This document shows positions 34,487 through 37,278 of a stretch of 37,278 bases of DNA, one piece after another (positions within the stretch are counted from its first letter, which is position 1; the number at the start of each line of letters is the position of its first letter). Under the pieces are notes generated by a model. It did no database searches and had not been told where the DNA came from. It worked only from the letters and a program-made list of their open reading frames with translations. The translations under genes were made by a program, and so were the position numbers. The stretch spans positions 1 to 37,278 of the forward strand of contig JAZGGY010000102.1 in assembly GCA_036480675.1 (NCBI GenBank), written 5' to 3'. The DNA comes from a bacterium (GTDB lineage Bacteria > RBG-13-66-14 > B26-G2 > WVWN01).

Positions 34487-34522
34487 AAAAACAAAAAGCG
34501 ACCCCGCGAGGGGCCGCTTTTT
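34487..34522 (-). terminator. rho-independent terminator (structurally bidirectional)
   Basis: The + strand reads AAAAACAAAAA-GCGACCCC-gcga-GGGGCCGC-TTTTT, 16 nt downstream of the OMP gene stop at 34538. Confidence 0.8.
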
Positions 34523-34537
34523 CAATTCGAAACCGAA

Positions 34538-35155
34538 TTAAAAGTAGTAACCGAACCCGACTAATACATCTACATATTGGCTGCGATGCGCGGCCCGGAC
34601 CTCGGGGGAGTGACCGTTAAGATCTACCGCGGCGACGGGCTCGTCAAACAATACCGTATAACGGGGCCCGGCTTCCAACGCCCAACCGCCTAACCTATAC
34701 TCTACGCCGGCGTTAACGTACACGCCGGGCGCGACGTCCTTTTCCGTCTCGGGCGTGAACGGCGAATCCCAAACTTCGACCGCCAATACGCCGCCGCCGC
34801 CTACGAAGGGTTTAACGGGCCCGAAACGCCGTTCGAAATCCCAGCCGTAAGTCACCGATATAACGGCCGTATCTTTGGATAACGCGTAGATCGCCCATGT
34901 GTAACCGGGATTTCGCGTAACCAAGTAATAACTATAGCCGAAACCGATCGCTTGCCTGAAGCCGGCCACCGCGGGAATGGACAACCTGGCTTTAAACGCT
35001 CCGGCGCCTACCCCCGCATCCATCACGTCTTTATCAACCGCTTTCCCGGGAGCGAAAAACGCGGCGACGCCCAAACCCGACGCCAGGGCGGAGCCGGAGA
35101 GTAGTAAGGTAATCGCCGCGCCGATAACGAGCCGTAACGCTTTGCGCGTGCACAT
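34538..35155 (-). CDS. small outer-membrane beta-barrel protein
   Basis: 205-aa ORF with AAGGAGG 9 nt upstream and a signal peptide (AITLLLSGSALA/SG). It has alternating beta-strand patterning and a terminal GFGYYF beta-signal. Confidence 0.7.
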   Translation of the reverse strand: MCTRKALRLVIGAAITLLLSGSALASGLGVAAFFAPGKAVDKDVMDAGVGAGAFKARLSIPAVAGFRQAIGFGYSYYLVTRNPGYTWAIYALSKDTAVISVTYGWDFERRFGPVKPFVGGGGVLAVEVWDSPFTPETEKDVAPGVYVNAGVEYRLGGWALEAGPRYTVLFDEPVAAVDLNGHSPEVRAAHRSQYVDVLVGFGYYF

Positions 35156-35312
35156 AGTTTTCGTACCTCCTTAACCCTATCGACAACCGTCGACGTTACG
35201 CGAAGCTGAATAATTAATCTCTTCAACCTACCCGCGAAACCTCGCCGGGGAGGCCGTCATTACTACGCCGATATTATATCATATCTCAACCGTGTTTTGT
35301 CGTACCGTATTC

Positions 35313-35416
35313 GTAGGGCCGTACCTTCAGGTGCGGCCGCCCCCTTGACAAGGGGTTTAAGCCCCTTGTCCAACGACGTTGAAAAAAGGTGGGCCGACCT
35401 AAAGGTCGTACCCTAC
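35313..35416. repeat. composite REP/MITE-like inverted-repeat element
   Basis: Left arm GTAGGGCCGTACCTTCAGGTGCGGCC (35313..35338). The right arm (35389..35416) reads GTAGGGTACGACCTTTAGGTCGGCCCAC as its reverse complement. Each arm contains its own ACCT-nn-AGGT hairpin. Between them lie CCCCTTGaCAAGGGG (35341..35355) and a second CCCCTTG copy (35362..35368). Confidence 0.6.
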
Positions 35417-35462
35417 GAAAGCACCCTATCCCCCTGTTTCGCTTTCCGACGTTAAAAGGGTA

Positions 35463-36305
35463 TCAGACTTCCACCGTTTTATGCCGCGCCGAGTGGCAGT
35501 TGATATTGACGGCGCAGGGGAAGGAGGCGATGTGGCGGCCGAAGGACTCGACGTGGACCGCCAGCGCCGTCGTCGAGCCGCCGTAGCCCATAGGCCCGAT
35601 GCCGAGCTTGTTGACGCGCTCCAGGAGCTCCTTCTCGAGCTCCGCGTTCCAGGCGTCCTCCGCCGGTTGCCCCAGCGGCCTGAAGAGCGCCTTCTTCGCC
35701 AGGAACGCGCAGTGTTCGAACGTCCCGCCGATGCCGACGCCGACGACGATGGGCGGGCACGGGTTCGGCCCCGCCTCGCGCACCGCCTCCACGACGAAGT
35801 CGATTATGCCGTCGCGGCCGTCCGCGGGCTTCATCATCTTGATGCGGCTCATGTTCTCGGAGCCGCCGCCCTTGGGGGCGAGGTGGATGACGAGCTCGTC
35901 GCCCTCCGTCGAGATTATGTGGATTATGGAGGGCGTGTTGTCACCGGTATTCTTGCCGACGACGGGGTGGACGACGATGGACTTGCGGAGGTAGCCCTCG
36001 TCGTACCCGCGGCGCGTACCCTCGTCGATGGCGTCGCGCAGCGAGCCGCCCGAAACGTGGACGTCGTTGCCCAGCTCGACGACGTAGACGGCGAAGCCGC
36101 AATCCTGGCAAAGCGGGTACTCTCCCTGGGTCGCTATTTCGGCGTTCTCCAAAAGCGACGACAGTATCTGCTTCCCTACCGGCGACTCCTCCTTCTCGCG
36201 GAAATCCTTGAGCGCCTGGACCGTATCGGCGGGCAGATTATACCCGGCGTCGATGCACATATCTTTGACCTTCTCGGCGATCTCGTCAACGGTAATCTCG
36301 CGCAT
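35463..36305 (-). CDS. class I (Fe-S) fumarate hydratase / tartrate dehydratase alpha subunit
   Basis: 280-aa ORF with AAGGGGA upstream. The N-terminus MREITVDEIAEKVKDMCIDAGYNLPADTVQALK, the motif YPLCQDCGFAVYVVELG and the later GPNPCPPIVVGVGIGGTFE are typical of the two-subunit Fe-S hydro-lyase alpha chain. Confidence 0.9.
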   Translation of the reverse strand: MREITVDEIAEKVKDMCIDAGYNLPADTVQALKDFREKEESPVGKQILSSLLENAEIATQGEYPLCQDCGFAVYVVELGNDVHVSGGSLRDAIDEGTRRGYDEGYLRKSIVVHPVVGKNTGDNTPSIIHIISTEGDELVIHLAPKGGGSENMSRIKMMKPADGRDGIIDFVVEAVREAGPNPCPPIVVGVGIGGTFEHCAFLAKKALFRPLGQPAEDAWNAELEKELLERVNKLGIGPMGYGGSTTALAVHVESFGRHIASFPCAVNINCHSARHKTVEV

Positions 36306-36378
36306 ATCGTCCCCTTCGGCACGGTACCGACCCGGGCGCTGCCGCGGCCGGCGTCGTTACGCTTGCGGTTACCCTATT

Positions 36379-37032
36379 CTATATCACGTAATCCAAAACG
36401 ATAACGCGCGGGTTCGCCAGGTCCGCCGCCGTTATCTCGACCTCCGCGGCGCCGGCGCGTTCCACGTTCGCCTTCCCCGCCACGAAGTCGTCCACCGTCG
36501 CCAGCGGAAAGCCGCACGCGTCCGTCTTGTAGTGCATGGGGATTATTACTTTGGCCTTAAGCTGCTCGGCCACCTTGGTCGCCGTCGCGGCGTCGATGGT
36601 AAAGAATCCGCCCACGGGCGTGAGCAGAACGTCCACCGGCCCGATAGCCTCGAGATGCTCGTCGGTAAGCACGTGGCCCAGGTCGCCCAGAAAGGCGACC
36701 TTCATGCCGTCCGCCTCGAAAGCGAAGACAATGTTCTCGCCGCGTTCGCTCCCCTGGCTCTCGTCGTGGTAGGTATGCGTCCCGACGAAAGTGAGCCCCT
36801 TGACCTTGTGTTCGCCCGGGCCACGAACCACGACCGGCGTACCGCTGAGGTCGCCCGCGCCGGCGTGGTCGTCGTGGTCGTGCGACTGCAGCACGACGTC
36901 GCACGCGTCGCCGATGGCGCCGTAGCCGATGGCGCCGTCGTACGAGCCCGGGATATACGGGTCGGTGCAAATATGTACGCCGTCGGCGGTGGTGATGCCG
37001 AAAGCGGAGTGTCCGTACCATTTAATCTTCAT
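36379..37032 (-). CDS. MBL-fold metal-dependent hydrolase (UPF0173-like)
   Basis: The ORF track gives 36379..37065. I place the start at ATG 37030..37032 (MKIKWYGHSAFGITT...) with GGAGG upstream. The HxHxDH motif reads LQSHDHDDHAG. Confidence 0.85.
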   Translation of the reverse strand: MKIKWYGHSAFGITTADGVHICTDPYIPGSYDGAIGYGAIGDACDVVLQSHDHDDHAGAGDLSGTPVVVRGPGEHKVKGLTFVGTHTYHDESQGSERGENIVFAFEADGMKVAFLGDLGHVLTDEHLEAIGPVDVLLTPVGGFFTIDAATATKVAEQLKAKVIIPMHYKTDACGFPLATVDDFVAGKANVERAGAAEVEITAADLANPRVIVLDYVI

Positions 37033-37168
37033 CCCGCGCCTCCGTTTCATTTTTAACGCTGCCAACTCGACCGCGAAATGTTCCAGCCGAATTTATCCTA
37101 CCAATTATCGCCCCGAGACTCAAACGGATATACCCCCGCACGCAACACGCGACAAGCTCTACGGCCGC

Positions 37169-37278
37169 TCAACGGATTTCGACCGACCGCTCGATAGCGT
37201 CGAAGTAGGGCCGCGCCGTATCGCGCTGCGGCCCGTACGCCGCGAAAGTAATGAAGTAATAACGTTCGTCGCCGCGGG
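37169..37278 (-). CDS. 3' end of an unidentified gene (5' part beyond window end)
   Basis: A reverse-strand frame is open from the window edge: ...RGDERYYFITFAAYGPQRDTARPYFDAIERSVEIR*, ending at TGA (37169..37171). Composition is protein-like but the fragment is too short to name. Confidence 0.3.
   Translation of the reverse strand, partial: RGDERYYFITFAAYGPQRDTARPYFDAIERSVEIR

Noticed and set aside
35481-36404. 307-aa + strand ORF
   Set aside because: It is antisense to the fumarate hydratase alpha gene, and its translation is Arg/Asp/Ala-rich shadow sequence.
1-37278. Scan for tRNA/rRNA genes, CRISPR arrays, integrases, transposases, toxin-antitoxin pairs or restriction/defence genes
   Set aside because: I found no T-loop/acceptor-like structures, no spaced direct-repeat arrays and no ORFs with recognisable recombinase or defence-system motifs. 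The scan was by eye only, so small RNAs could be missed.

Overview
GC-rich bacterial chromosomal segment from a diderm organism. It encodes outer-membrane barrels, an Omp85 protein, a GT9 heptosyltransferase-like enzyme and apparent type IX secretion (T9SS) components, so an uncultured FCB-superphylum-like lineage is plausible (inference only). I found no rRNA, tRNA, CRISPR array, transposase or integrase. About two thirds is housekeeping: phosphohexomutase, pyrR-pyrB-pyrC, a TIGR03960-like radical SAM gene, a CDF transporter, dprA-topA, glyA-rpiB, miaB, the class I fumarate hydratase alpha subunit and an MBL-fold hydrolase. Two accessory regions stand out. (1) 28978-33286, minus strand: an operon of a zinc-ribbon membrane protein, a 537-aa DUF2207-like membrane protein ending in ...GGGSSCACACACAGCACACAGGGR, a radical SAM/SPASM maturase with a PqqD-like N-terminal domain, and a SAM methyltransferase that has no usable start codon and lies in frame behind the maturase stop. 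I read this as a RiPP-style maturation system whose substrate is the tail of a full-length membrane protein, and I cannot match it to any named system. (2) 19063-26537, plus strand: a PorV-like protein, an NHL propeller, an 1149-aa barrel that may be SprA/Sov-like at about half the usual size, and a short Omp85 joined to it by a TAATG overlap. A C25 (gingipain/PorU-family) peptidase with a T9SS C-terminal domain lies at 2081-4711. Smaller observations are a deletion remnant of a paralogous lipoprotein gene, a REP/MITE-like composite inverted repeat, a divergent prepilin-peptidase-like gene and an acidic low-complexity protein. All product calls come from motifs read by eye; no database search was run.
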